Source: a virus
Lineage: Duplodnaviria > Caudoviricetes
IMG/VR virus record: IMGVR_UViG_2636415918_000004
Coordinates: 5,442-69,441 of that record
DNA length: 64,000 nucleotides
Direction: 5' to 3' (one strand)
Shown: one piece after another, positions 9,624-19,448 of the stretch
How the letters are laid out: each line of letters opens with the position of its first letter
Numbering within the stretch: the stretch's first letter is position 1
Position numbers and translations under genes: made by a program
Notes under the pieces: generated by a model
The model's input: the letters and a program-made list of their open reading frames with translations, nothing else
Told to the model about the DNA's origin: nothing
Database searches by the model: none

Positions 9624-11525
9624 TTAATTGACTGAAGCAGCTTGATTGACTTGATACATTGAATAAGCAGAAACAGCCTGTTCGAATAGATCATTGGTTT
9701 CAGGTGTTAAGCGACTGCCAATAGATTCTAGTTGGCCTTCAACTTCACTAGCTTTTGAAAAATCAACTTCACCCTTAATGACTTTATTCAGATAGTCTGC
9801 ATCATCATTATTAGCATTTGAGTTTGCATTATCCTCTGTGGGTAACATTGCAGGTAAAGCAGCAAATGCTGGATATTTTGCAATCATTTCTTCAATTGTT
9901 TTGAAGAATCGCGGTGCACCAAAGCCATTGTTCCAAGCACGAGATGAAGCATTATTTGCTGAAACTTCCCACTCACCATTTGTATTGATATGGGCTGTCC
10001 AATCATCAAGCTTTTTATCGTTTTTGAACGCTTTGTAATAACCATTGCCTAAATCCTCAATTGGTGGATAGGTCTTGGCTTTTGATGAGTCCTCACTTAA
10101 GCCTTTGTTCCAGCGTTCAATTGTTTTTTCTACTGTAGCAATCATTCGTTCAATTGAAGCTTTTAATCCATTTGCGAGTGCAACTTTTCCAAATGGACGT
10201 TCAAGTAGACTTTTTGCATCTGTAAGCGCTTCGCTAATTCCAGCTGGATAATTCTGGTTATAGAATTCTTCCGTGGTACCACCAGTCAACCAACGATGAC
10301 GAATATCTAAAGCATCATAAATTTGACGAGCTTCTGCTTTGGTCACAGCTTTTGTATTTGCAGCTTGTCCAGCATTATTCCCTGTACCAGTATCAGCATT
10401 TGGTGCTTGACCATTATTTTGCTTATTTAAGCCATCAATTTGATCAAGTAGCCCCTGAATTTCTGAAGATAAAGCGGTCTTTTGATTTTGCTTGTCTGCA
10501 ATACGTTGTTCAGTGTCAGCTAAAGTTTGCGCACTTTCAGCTTTTTTAGCTTGAGTCCGTTTAAACCGTGCACTGTTCTGATTAATCAATTTAACAACAC
10601 GTCCAGCAAGTACAGGTAATGCAATACCTTCACCTTGGTTGGGCTGAATCACGCCTGTTACATCACGCTTATTCATAAGAATCTTCCAAGACAATAACGT
10701 GTCTTGTGGCGATATCCGCTTTGCGTCACGATCAGGATTATGAAATAAAATCGTAATCGTTTGTCCATCTTCGAAATCATATGAAACGGCGACATTCAGC
10801 ACTTTTTTGTGTCGAAATGGCTTTTCACTACGATCTACATTCAGAACTTTTACACCGCCTTTAGACGCTGTCTGCATGGCTGTATGCAGCATATCCATTA
10901 ACTTATCGAGATATTGATACTCAACAATGATTGAATCAAAATCTGGGTGTTCTGCTCCAATTGATTCAAGCAAATTAGCTAAACCATCAAAACTCGATAA
11001 TAGCTCTGTACTGTCATCATGAAGTTGCATGTCTAACAGCAGATTCGCTGTTTTTCCTTCATGTGTTGTTAGTTCGATACCGTCCCAACCTGGTAATACA
11101 GCACATGGAATATCTTGTAATGCGACTAAATGATCTCGATGAATAAGTTGCTTATGCTTATGAAATTGTGGTGTTGCTAAATGTCGTAATAGACCATTGG
11201 TATTGGTTTCAATTACATCATCTTCAATAGCATCAAACATACGCCCAAACTGCATTTGTGCTAATGCACTTGCATGATCATTATCAACTGCACCTAAAAC
11301 GGCAATTGAGTCAAATGCAGCAATGCTATTGATTGAACCTTTTAGATTCACAATACGCCATTGGTCATCATCCGTAGCTGATTCTGTAACGATTGCATTC
11401 AGCTGACGATATTGACCTTTGATCACTCCAATTGAACAAGCACCGCTATTCACAGAATCAAATCCATGTACTAAACGACTAGTATGTGGTTCATGTAATA
11501 AAGTAAATATGTCGAGATTTCGCAT
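9624..11525 (-). CDS. darA: Defence-against-restriction protein DarA-like
   Basis: DarA N-domain (FEDGQTITILFHNPD...WKILMNKRDVT), coiled coil, DarA C-domain (DYLNKVIKGEVD...LFEQAVSAY). Confidence 0.8.
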   Translation of the reverse strand: MRNLDIFTLLHEPHTSRLVHGFDSVNSGACSIGVIKGQYRQLNAIVTESATDDDQWRIVNLKGSINSIAAFDSIAVLGAVDNDHASALAQMQFGRMFDAIEDDVIETNTNGLLRHLATPQFHKHKQLIHRDHLVALQDIPCAVLPGWDGIELTTHEGKTANLLLDMQLHDDSTELLSSFDGLANLLESIGAEHPDFDSIIVEYQYLDKLMDMLHTAMQTASKGGVKVLNVDRSEKPFRHKKVLNVAVSYDFEDGQTITILFHNPDRDAKRISPQDTLLSWKILMNKRDVTGVIQPNQGEGIALPVLAGRVVKLINQNSARFKRTQAKKAESAQTLADTEQRIADKQNQKTALSSEIQGLLDQIDGLNKQNNGQAPNADTGTGNNAGQAANTKAVTKAEARQIYDALDIRHRWLTGGTTEEFYNQNYPAGISEALTDAKSLLERPFGKVALANGLKASIERMIATVEKTIERWNKGLSEDSSKAKTYPPIEDLGNGYYKAFKNDKKLDDWTAHINTNGEWEVSANNASSRAWNNGFGAPRFFKTIEEMIAKYPAFAALPAMLPTEDNANSNANNDDADYLNKVIKGEVDFSKASEVEGQLESIGSRLTPETNDLFEQAVSAYSMYQVNQAASVN

Positions 11526-11560
11526 TGAAAAAATGCCTCAATATTTTTCTGATTGAGGCC

Positions 11561-11602
11561 ATTTTTGCACTTAAATAAATGATTCTTCTTGAGCTGTTCC
11601 AA
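11561..11602 (-). promoter_or_regulatory. Putative late promoter TTGGAAC-N29-AAAAAT (darA)
   Basis: gttccaa at 11596-11602, attttt at 11561-11566, hairpin aaaaatgcctcaat/attgaggccattttt. Confidence 0.8.
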
Positions 11603-12307
11603 TCATTTCAACATTGGGAACATCTTTATAAAATTCAAAGTAACTATACCGACTCCATTTCGATTTGTGGCATCCAATGGAATACTTCCTGTTTGTAAAG
11701 CGACCAAATGTTTAATTTCAAAAACCTTAGTTGAGTAGCTTTGTTTATCATAAATATATATTGTCATACGCATTAGATAATCATTCGGTAATGCTTGTGT
11801 ACCCCCATCCTCACCATCAGGAAACATGATCGCTTTTATTGCCAAAGCACTATTTAGAATGGATGCATTGCGTGTCTCAATAAATGGTATAGATATTTCA
11901 CCCGAACTATTTCCAGTGATGTGATTGAGTTGAAATGCACCAACCTGAATACTATCGGTTTGTGCATCCATTACAGATAAATCAATACTTTGACATAGCC
12001 AAGGTAACTTTTCTCTATCCAACAATGGGATATTCTCAATTGTAGTACTTGCTAAAAATCCACTTTCTCCATTTTCGAATGCATTGAATTGACCTGCTTC
12101 AGGATGTGTTAAGTCATAAGCATCAATTAGTTCAATTGAACTTTTAGCAAGCGCACTTTTAGGATCGAAAGGTTCTAACCACACACCAAAATGGAGTGTG
12201 GATAAAACTCCAAGCGAATATATTTTGTCATAAAATTGTCTTGCCTCATTAATTGGCATACCAGACCAAGGACCATTATTACCTGGTGTATTTAATCTCA
12301 ACATCAT
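11603..12307 (-). CDS. Phage structural protein (tail/baseplate-associated, tube-like fold suspected)
   Basis: Overlaps the portal stop; beta-rich C-terminal half; context only. Confidence 0.45.
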   Translation of the reverse strand: MMLRLNTPGNNGPWSGMPINEARQFYDKIYSLGVLSTLHFGVWLEPFDPKSALAKSSIELIDAYDLTHPEAGQFNAFENGESGFLASTTIENIPLLDREKLPWLCQSIDLSVMDAQTDSIQVGAFQLNHITGNSSGEISIPFIETRNASILNSALAIKAIMFPDGEDGGTQALPNDYLMRMTIYIYDKQSYSTKVFEIKHLVALQTGSIPLDATNRNGVGIVTLNFIKMFPMLK

Positions 12308-13848
12308 TGTTCACCCTGTCCATTGAGACGAGATTTCGCAATATCAGCTGCTATACGACATGAATCGTCATAGTTAAAACCAGCATCTTTTTCTAAAATA
12401 TATTGCATCGTTTCCTCACTTAAATCAGATTCTTTGAGTGAGTTAATGACTTGAATTTTAAGTAAGGATGTATTCATCTGAGTTTGTTTATTAGTATTTT
12501 CTTCTGTCACAGCTGCTGACTGGGTGCTAGAAAACTCAATTTGCCATGGATAATCTAATTCACCTGCTTCAAATTGCTCGTTATAACAATAACCCCAATC
12601 GATATGCATAATATCATTGGCGAATTGAACAGCTGATTGGCGAATATACATGGAACGGCGCATAATTTGACTTGAGGTATGAAATGCTGCCCCATCTCCA
12701 ATACCACCAGAAAGCATATCAGCCCACCCCACCATTGAAGGATCGAGACCAATTCCTCCCATTAATAAACGTACATTAATCATAAAGGTTTCGATATTTA
12801 CAGGTGAATTACGTTGGCCTTTAATATCTCCCACAGGATTAAGAATCTGCTTTTCATCCCATGTCGGTAAAACGTGATATTTGGTATTCCAAATGCCCTC
12901 ACCACCTTCCATTGCATTTTTTACGAACTTCTCATGATCTTTTAGCATTCCTTCAAGACCACGGATATAAGCATCACGTTGTGCTGGAGGCATACCAGCC
13001 ATGTTCAGCGTCAAAAACATTTGATTGACTGCATCAGCAACTTGCTGACTGTTCATCGTGGTTAAGGCAAGGATGACATCATCATAGGTTTTCTCAATTG
13101 AATAGAGAAATGAGCCACCGACCTGTGCTGGTAAGATCGGCAATTCTTCTGGATTATCACCTTCAAGCATTTGAGAAATTAAACTAGCTTCAACTGGATC
13201 AAATTGCGGTACATTTTGAATCCGTGGCAACTTCATCCGAACCATCTGTGTGTGATTCAACTTAGTCATGACTTTGGACCAGTTTTTTGGATTCAGTGCA
13301 AAGTAAGCGACTGTCTTACTACCTTGCTCAAATGCCTGTATTTGTGGCGCATAGGTATATTCATTACTAAGTAAGTCAGTAACGCCTACTCCCTTTTTTC
13401 CATATACACGGGCATAGGCATCACCAAAGGAAATACCTTCCGAACATAGCTTCGTGATGTATTTATTTATGACAGTTTCTATTGGCTTGATACGCTTTTG
13501 TAGTTTTTCTAATTGCGCTTTTTCAGTTTTGCCTAATTCGCCACGCAATCGCTCTGTAGGCGTAATAAAGATTTGTTGGCCCGTATGTGTATCACCGCCA
13601 AGTGCAGCCATGACATGAATACCAATGCCCTCTGCTACGGGAGCGAACTTTAGCATTTGCTCCCACTTGGTCAGAATTTCTTTACGTGTTCTTTTCTTGT
13701 TTTCCTGTGTTGTATGTGTCCCAAGCGAAAAAGGCGCAACGGAATCATACATTTGCGCCATGACTTCTTGGTTAGCATCAACCACTTGCTGAGGGATGCT
13801 ATTCGCATTTGTTCCCAACAACAAAGAAAGGATGTCTGAAGCAGCCAT
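12304..13848 (-). CDS. Portal protein (P1 Prt-like)
   Basis: 514 aa; FGDAYARVYG, GGSFLY and LGLDPSMVGWADMLSGG-type motifs resemble P1-like portals. Confidence 0.75.
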   Translation of the reverse strand: MAASDILSLLLGTNANSIPQQVVDANQEVMAQMYDSVAPFSLGTHTTQENKKRTRKEILTKWEQMLKFAPVAEGIGIHVMAALGGDTHTGQQIFITPTERLRGELGKTEKAQLEKLQKRIKPIETVINKYITKLCSEGISFGDAYARVYGKKGVGVTDLLSNEYTYAPQIQAFEQGSKTVAYFALNPKNWSKVMTKLNHTQMVRMKLPRIQNVPQFDPVEASLISQMLEGDNPEELPILPAQVGGSFLYSIEKTYDDVILALTTMNSQQVADAVNQMFLTLNMAGMPPAQRDAYIRGLEGMLKDHEKFVKNAMEGGEGIWNTKYHVLPTWDEKQILNPVGDIKGQRNSPVNIETFMINVRLLMGGIGLDPSMVGWADMLSGGIGDGAAFHTSSQIMRRSMYIRQSAVQFANDIMHIDWGYCYNEQFEAGELDYPWQIEFSSTQSAAVTEENTNKQTQMNTSLLKIQVINSLKESDLSEETMQYILEKDAGFNYDDSCRIAADIAKSRLNGQGEQ

Positions 13849-13877
13849 AATTAAGCCAAAATTTAAGAATTAACGTA

Positions 13878-13919
13878 ATTTTGGCTAAGTTAATTGGCTT
13901 GAATGTTTGGTCGTTCCAA
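13878..13919 (-). promoter_or_regulatory. Putative late promoter TTGGAAC-N29-CAAAAT (portal)
   Basis: gttccaa at 13913-13919, attttg at 13878-13883, inverted repeat agccaaaatt/aattttggct. Confidence 0.75.
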
Positions 13920-13927
13920 TAACAAAA

Positions 13928-14341
13928 TTAAGGTGCAGTCGGCACTTCTGGCAGACTAACTTCAGGAAAATTAATTGCTGGCATATTCACTGAACAATTG
14001 GTCAATGAATTCATTTTGTCTTGAATTACAGACTGTAATTGTTGGATCTTGGCAATCAGCTCAATGAGTTGTTGACTACATTTTAAATAAGGCTGATACA
14101 TCGGCTTGAGCACTAAGTTAATGTACTTTTGAACCCATGTAAGAAGTTGTGCTGGATTATTCGGGATGGTCAGTAAATCCTGAATTACCCCAACAATTTC
14201 TAATTCATCGGTCAAGGCTTGCAATTGATCACCTAAAGCATACATCACGGTATCCACCGCCTTTTGAAGATCTTCGCAAGTCTGCACAGCATTGATATGA
14301 TCTTCTAATGATTGAAGATATTGAACATTTAATTCACTCAT
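13928..14341 (-). CDS. Helical baseplate-operon protein of unknown function
   Basis: Intact ORF with RBS downstream of the spike gene. Confidence 0.6.
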   Translation of the reverse strand: MSELNVQYLQSLEDHINAVQTCEDLQKAVDTVMYALGDQLQALTDELEIVGVIQDLLTIPNNPAQLLTWVQKYINLVLKPMYQPYLKCSQQLIELIAKIQQLQSVIQDKMNSLTNCSVNMPAINFPEVSLPEVPTAP

Positions 14342-14358
14342 ACATCACCTTTAAAAAT

Positions 14359-14832
14359 TTATGAAATTTGAATCACAATGCCATCTGCTATGGTTAGTGT
14401 TTTCCCAAATACATTTGAAAATACGCCAGTCGCACCAGAACCAACGATGACGTTTCCAGTGACTTGCTCGTTGCCTGTAATCTTTGTTTCACCTTTTAAC
14501 TCAATAGAAGGCGCTTCAATCGTTGCCTTGCTACGTGCTAAAAGCTCGATATTCTCTTGTCGTATACGGCGTGTATCGACCACTGCACCTTTGCTATGAC
14601 TGCTATAGAATGCGATGACAGGACGCGATTGCTCATTATTTTCGAAGAAGATATAGACATCCTCTCCCTCTAAAATTTCGCGCTCAGTATCTTTATCACT
14701 ATCACCAACGGGATAAGCAAAAGTTGCTGTTAAGCCCGTGCTTGCGCCATCCGTAAGACCGGGTATGTGAATCTTTGCAGTTCTGTTTTGCGCATCGTAA
14801 CTGAGGATTTTTGCTTTTTTAAAACCATTCAT
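14359..14832 (-). CDS. Baseplate spike (gpV/gp5-like OB-fold plus short beta-helix)
   Basis: AKILSYD...KIHIPGLTDG...GEDVYIFFEN...PVI OB-fold, then Gly/Val-rich repeats; start taken at MNGFKK. Confidence 0.7.
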   Translation of the reverse strand: MNGFKKAKILSYDAQNRTAKIHIPGLTDGASTGLTATFAYPVGDSDKDTEREILEGEDVYIFFENNEQSRPVIAFYSSHSKGAVVDTRRIRQENIELLARSKATIEAPSIELKGETKITGNEQVTGNVIVGSGATGVFSNVFGKTLTIADGIVIQIS

Positions 14833-14840
14833 CACAGCAC

Positions 14841-15740
14841 CTATAAACTTGCTAACCAAAGCTTTGAGGTTGAACCGACATTGCCACCAATAGCACCTGT
14901 TTCTACTTCATGAGCTGCTGTCAAAATCACATATTTCTTATGTTCTACTTCGACTATATCGCCAGCGTTTACTTCAAGACTTAACGAACGATGAACCACG
15001 CCACGCGGAATGAGTACCTTTTCCAGATTCTTTAACTGTCGTGCATCAAGACCTGCTTTCTGAATAACAGACTGCCCTTTCGTCGTCGTATCGTCCCCAA
15101 TAACCGTCGAACCATCTTGATCAACGGAGACATAAGAGGACTTTTGAAACTTCTCAATTTGATCGCTGTTAAACCATTGGATTTCACTAGGATCTAATTT
15201 TAGAACGGCTTCTTGTTTAAAAAGTGCATCGAGTTTTAAAATACAAATCTTTGTTTCTTTAAAACAAATCACCGCAGCTTCTTGTTGTAAATAAAGTGCT
15301 ATACGCTCTGAAATCAAGGTACCGTTGAGACAAATAAATTCAGGTAAAGGTATATCATCACCCAAGCGGATATTAGAGGCACCACACGCACGATATGCAG
15401 CATTAAAAGAAGTCTGCTCCAAAATCACAGCCTTTTTTGCTTGCTCCAGTATCTTTTTACAACCTTTGAATACGGCGATGCATGAAATAGCCCCGATTCG
15501 GGAATTGTCTTTAATCGTTTGCGATTTAACAGGATGTGAGTAAACGATCTCAAATGGATATGGAATATCATTCACGATGATTTCAGCCCCATCTACCAAT
15601 TGATCATTGAGTTCCTTTGTATACTTGACTGCAAACTCGATACTGACAGGTACAGGAACAAGATCAGTTCTTAGTGTTGCGATCATCAACTCAGACGCAG
15701 AAATGATTTTATTGGTTGCCAATATCGCGATTCGCATCAA
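14841..15740 (-). CDS. Baseplate hub-like protein
   Basis: LRTDLVPVP N-terminus, position upstream of the spike, H...W C-terminal pattern typical of hub proteins. Confidence 0.55.
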   Translation of the reverse strand: MMRIAILATNKIISASELMIATLRTDLVPVPVSIEFAVKYTKELNDQLVDGAEIIVNDIPYPFEIVYSHPVKSQTIKDNSRIGAISCIAVFKGCKKILEQAKKAVILEQTSFNAAYRACGASNIRLGDDIPLPEFICLNGTLISERIALYLQQEAAVICFKETKICILKLDALFKQEAVLKLDPSEIQWFNSDQIEKFQKSSYVSVDQDGSTVIGDDTTTKGQSVIQKAGLDARQLKNLEKVLIPRGVVHRSLSLEVNAGDIVEVEHKKYVILTAAHEVETGAIGGNVGSTSKLWLASL

Positions 15741-16183
15741 TTGCCCCCTAAAGTTTTAAAACTAAAAGGAGGCTCCACAAAAGCATTTTTAGGCATTAAC
15801 TCTTTTGCTTGATTATATGCTTGTTCAGCTTCACTCACTGACATGCCAAAACCATCACCGCCCATACTTCTTGAAGCTTCGACAAGTTGCGCTTGAATCA
15901 AGTCACAGTTTGCACTTAAACAAGGTTCAATAATGACCCACTCAAAACCTTCAAGAACAATGTTTTTATCAACCGTGATAATACTGGTTGAACCACGTTG
16001 ACAGGTCAGCTTTGCCCAACCTGCATAACGCTTTGTTTCTTCAATCAAAGCATTCGTCACATCTTCAACAAGAAGTGAATAACCTTTCATCTGTAATTTT
16101 AGATGAAAAGTCATTGCTAGTGCTTCGATAGAACCAGCAATCACTTTTGGATATAGAGAGCCATCATCAGGTAACAATTGCAT
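15737..16183 (-). CDS. Head-tail adaptor-like protein (P1 PmgC-like)
   Basis: EWVIIEP...EASRSMG...MSVSE pattern and position next to the tube gene. Confidence 0.5.
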   Translation of the reverse strand: MQLLPDDGSLYPKVIAGSIEALAMTFHLKLQMKGYSLLVEDVTNALIEETKRYAGWAKLTCQRGSTSIITVDKNIVLEGFEWVIIEPCLSANCDLIQAQLVEASRSMGGDGFGMSVSEAEQAYNQAKELMPKNAFVEPPFSFKTLGGN

Positions 16184-16188
16184 AGCAG

Positions 16189-16836
16189 TTACCCAAATAA
16201 AGAACCAATTTGACGTGCTACACCAGTTGCTGAACGAGCTAAGTTTGTTGCAGACTGTGCAGCGTTTACGACGTTCTGAACACGGTTAATTAGCCCTTCG
16301 ATACCAGCAACTCCACGCTGTCCTGGTAATACTGTGCCATTACTCCCAATTTTTGCGAAGCCACCAAAGAAATTGAAATCAATCGGACATGAAACGGTCA
16401 TTACTTGAGATCGACTATCCGTATCGAATTCGGCCATTTCAAATCGAATTGCACAGTTTTCCAGATAGTATGCACGGGTAAAATTTGCGACATGACCATC
16501 ATAATAATCACAATTGATCATGCCTTTATTTGCCACAATGTATTCAGCAAAAAGTTGATCGTGCCCTGCTTCAGTAACCAGTAATTGTAAATTACCTGTG
16601 TAATGTGTTTTAGGAGGTCCAGCCACAATCCCCGTATAGCCACCCGGATATTGGACTTCCGCTGGATCTTCATTACTAATAATTGGACGTGGACAGCTTT
16701 TAATTAAAAACCGGTAATCTTCTAAACCTTGTGGTACCAACATGCCTTGGCATGACAAAATCGGCGAACCTAATTGCTGAATTGCTATCGAATCTGCCTT
16801 CATTTGATTTAAAAGCATTGGATTGACTTGACGCAT
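16189..16836 (-). CDS. Tail tube protein (P1 Tub-like)
   Basis: LIKSCPRP...PAEVQYPGG...ETEAG-like and FDTDSRSQ motifs; near the sheath genes. Confidence 0.6.
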   Translation of the reverse strand: MRQVNPMLLNQMKADSIAIQQLGSPILSCQGMLVPQGLEDYRFLIKSCPRPIISNEDPAEVQYPGGYTGIVAGPPKTHYTGNLQLLVTEAGHDQLFAEYIVANKGMINCDYYDGHVANFTRAYYLENCAIRFEMAEFDTDSRSQVMTVSCPIDFNFFGGFAKIGSNGTVLPGQRGVAGIEGLINRVQNVVNAAQSATNLARSATGVARQIGSLFG

Positions 16837-16866
16837 CGTTATTCTCAAATCTTATTGGATATAAGT

Positions 16867-16908
16867 ATTCTGATCACTTGAACCAAGACTAATTCCTCAT
16901 TGTTCCAA
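16867..16908 (-). promoter_or_regulatory. Putative late promoter TTGGAAC-N29-CAGAAT (tube operon)
   Basis: gttccaa at 16902-16908, attctg at 16867-16872. Confidence 0.65.
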
Positions 16909-16910
16909 AT

Positions 16911-16942
16911 AAAAAAAAGGCTGCATAATCGCAGCCTTTTTT
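16911..16942. terminator. Rho-independent terminator (bidirectional form)
   Basis: aaaaaaaaggctgc-ataatc-gcagcctttttt. Confidence 0.8.
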
Positions 16943-16960
16943 TAATCTATATCCTATTGA

Positions 16961-17746
16961 TTATTTATATAGACCAATCTTTTTACCTTTGAGCAACGAC
17001 TTCATACGCTTATGCAATGAATTAGCTGAACGTGCTTTTAAACTCGCTTTCTTTAGTGCAGCTTTTTGGTCACTTGAAAGACGGATACGTTGACCTGGTA
17101 AACGCTTATTCACGATCTTTTTAACACCATTACGGATTGCTGCAATCGCTTTATAACGCACTTTACGACCACCTACACTTTTCGTCGTCATCTGACCACG
17201 AGAAAGCTTTTTCTTGCCACCAACCGAGTCAAAACCTTCTTCTTCATCAGGTTCACCATAAATAAACTCACGAACAAGCTCATCTAATGGATCACCCTCA
17301 TCAGGCATATTTGCAATTACTGTGCTTGCAGCAGCTTCAATTGCAGCATCAGCAGCTTCAATATTATCGCTAAAGATTTCAGCAATCACTGAGTCATCAA
17401 CACCAAAACTTGAAAGTGCATCATCAATGGAAGCAACTAATGCATTTTCCAACGTACCATTTTCATCATCTGCACCATCTAAGGCATCCAGAATAAGAAA
17501 ATCAAGACGGTCAGTCGGCAATTCATTGTCTTCTAAAGTGTTGTCAATAACCGTATCAACTAGATCAGATACGATATTCAAAGCCATTTCTCGAACGTGT
17601 TCAATAAATGAAAGTTCTTCACGAATTGAACTAGTCAACGTATTCACGCTACTTGTAATTCCAGCTGCAGCAGAATCAAAGTCGCGTAATACATTTTCTT
17701 GTGGTTTTAAATTAAACGGATTTTTTGAGCCAAACATTGTTATCAC
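16961..17746 (-). CDS. Probable internal head/core protein: acidic body with a very basic C-terminus
   Basis: Asp/Glu-rich region flanked by DFDSA and GFDSV, then a Lys/Arg-rich tail. Confidence 0.5.
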   Translation of the reverse strand: MITMFGSKNPFNLKPQENVLRDFDSAAAGITSSVNTLTSSIREELSFIEHVREMALNIVSDLVDTVIDNTLEDNELPTDRLDFLILDALDGADDENGTLENALVASIDDALSSFGVDDSVIAEIFSDNIEAADAAIEAAASTVIANMPDEGDPLDELVREFIYGEPDEEEGFDSVGGKKKLSRGQMTTKSVGGRKVRYKAIAAIRNGVKKIVNKRLPGQRIRLSSDQKAALKKASLKARSANSLHKRMKSLLKGKKIGLYK

Positions 17747-17750
17747 CTAT

Positions 17751-19034
17751 TTATTTAACTAATACATCTTCATCAAAGATCACAGCACGGGTCGCGCCTT
17801 CTGGACGGCGTGCCAAATACAATCGAACACGTTCAAATGGATAATCTTTGTCAGGAATTAAGCTGAATGCGAAAGGTTTTCCATCCAAATCTTCAGCAGG
17901 TTTTAACCAGCCCGAAGTCGCAGCGTCAGACAAATATTTGTCTATTTCCTTACTCGCTTTATCTAAATAATCTTCAGTTGGTTTCAACATATGATTCTTT
18001 AGAATGTCGACAACATCATTTTTGGTGCGCATAGCAATTTCAGCAGCATTCACCAAGCGCAATGCACTATTTTTACTTTGACGCTGAGTAAGCACATCAC
18101 TTAAGACATACAAGACACGCTCAAACTTAATTGGACGAACGACATTCACTTTTGCTTGAGCAAGCATTTCTAATGTTGGTTCATCGAGTACAACATCTGG
18201 ACGAAGCTCTAAAGCCTTTTTCTTAAACGGATAGTCCTTCCAAGCGACGGCATAATGAATAGGTGCAAAACCTTGAGCATTCGTTCGAGCATTACGCAGT
18301 AGCTTGTCACCAATGTATTGACCAATGTACCGAGCTGGAATTTTACGCCCCCGTAATGAGATGGCATCTCGTGGACGGCATATATTCGGCGACCAAATCA
18401 ATTGAACTTGATGTGTTTGAGCATCTAAACTTTCAGCAAATAGAGCGACTTGTTCCACTGTCATAGTTGAGTCAACCTCAACATCGAGTGGAATATTTAA
18501 TTTTTCAGCCACACGTAATAAGGCCACGTATACATCTATTTCAATGACAGTTGGCAATGCTAAATAAGCTGGCTTATCCACTAAATTGGTAATCAGTGTA
18601 TAAGTTTGATCAGCGTTAAAAGTGTCTGGTTCTTCATCTGGTAACGATAGAATCTCAGTCTTACGTCCTAAACTATTCACTGGATTGAATGCACTACTCA
18701 ATAAAATTGCACTTAAAGCATCATTGATATGCAATTCAAATTGTTCAAATTCTTCAGTAGCGTCTGCAACCGCAATAATCGTTGCTGGATTTTCAGGATC
18801 TCCATCAACGACACCCTGAATTTTGATCACTTCATCACCAGTGGTTGAATCTATGATTCGCAAACGCATGGTGATGTCTAATAGTGAAGTCGGCGTAGTG
18901 ACTTTACTGAAAAATGCGACTTCAATATCTGTATCTTTTAGATAACTATAGGTATCAAAAATCAAGCTCAATACCGCAGCGCCATTGCCACCCAGTATCA
19001 AAGCTCCATTACTGGTTAATTTTAAATTTGTCAT
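17751..19034 (-). CDS. Tail sheath protein, main/C-terminal part (P1 gp22-like)
   Basis: LAQAKVNVVRP, VLSDVLT, SALRLVNAAEI and RPEGATRAVI fit the sheath C-terminal domain. Confidence 0.75.
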   Translation of the reverse strand: MTNLKLTSNGALILGGNGAAVLSLIFDTYSYLKDTDIEVAFFSKVTTPTSLLDITMRLRIIDSTTGDEVIKIQGVVDGDPENPATIIAVADATEEFEQFELHINDALSAILLSSAFNPVNSLGRKTEILSLPDEEPDTFNADQTYTLITNLVDKPAYLALPTVIEIDVYVALLRVAEKLNIPLDVEVDSTMTVEQVALFAESLDAQTHQVQLIWSPNICRPRDAISLRGRKIPARYIGQYIGDKLLRNARTNAQGFAPIHYAVAWKDYPFKKKALELRPDVVLDEPTLEMLAQAKVNVVRPIKFERVLYVLSDVLTQRQSKNSALRLVNAAEIAMRTKNDVVDILKNHMLKPTEDYLDKASKEIDKYLSDAATSGWLKPAEDLDGKPFAFSLIPDKDYPFERVRLYLARRPEGATRAVIFDEDVLVK

Positions 19035-19044
19035 AATGGCTCCA

Positions 19045-19332
19045 TTAACCTGGCATATCTAAAGTTGGCCCGACACGTAAAACTTGAACACTAGGCACAC
19101 CCGTGTCTAAGCAATCCTGTACAGCTTGATAATCAATATTTGTTGGCTCATAGCCCAATTGACCGCGAATGTTACCTTGGTGAATGGTCATTGGCTTATC
19201 CACTCGACCACGCTTAAATCGACCAACAATTAAGGCTGAAGTTAGCCCTTCTTTAGTTTGTGTTTCGGTCTTGTCTACTGTGCCTTGGCTTTGTATGCCA
19301 ACAGCCTCACCTAATATCTTTGTTGTGTTCAC
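19045..19332 (-). CDS. Tail sheath N-terminal domain encoded as a separate gene
   Basis: LGEAVGIQ...IVGRFKRGRVDKPMTI...LG...VQVLRV is the usual sheath N-terminal signature. Confidence 0.65.
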   Translation of the reverse strand: MNTTKILGEAVGIQSQGTVDKTETQTKEGLTSALIVGRFKRGRVDKPMTIHQGNIRGQLGYEPTNIDYQAVQDCLDTGVPSVQVLRVGPTLDMPG

Positions 19333-19362
19333 TTTGTTTGCCTTTGGCTAAACGTTTTAGTT

Positions 19363-19403
19363 ATTTTGCGCTTTGCCAAAATTAAGATTTTTGAATGTTC
19401 CAA
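19363..19403 (-). promoter_or_regulatory. Putative late promoter TTGGAAC-N28-CAAAAT (sheath operon)
   Basis: gttccaa at 19397-19403, attttg at 19363-19368. Confidence 0.65.
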
Positions 19404-19404
19404 T

Positions 19405-19433
19405 AAAAAAAACTCTGCTTATGCAGAGTTTTT
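19405..19433. terminator. Rho-independent terminator
   Basis: aaaaaaaactctgc-ttat-gcagagttttt. Confidence 0.8.
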
Positions 19434-19448
19434 AGATTTTCCAGAATG

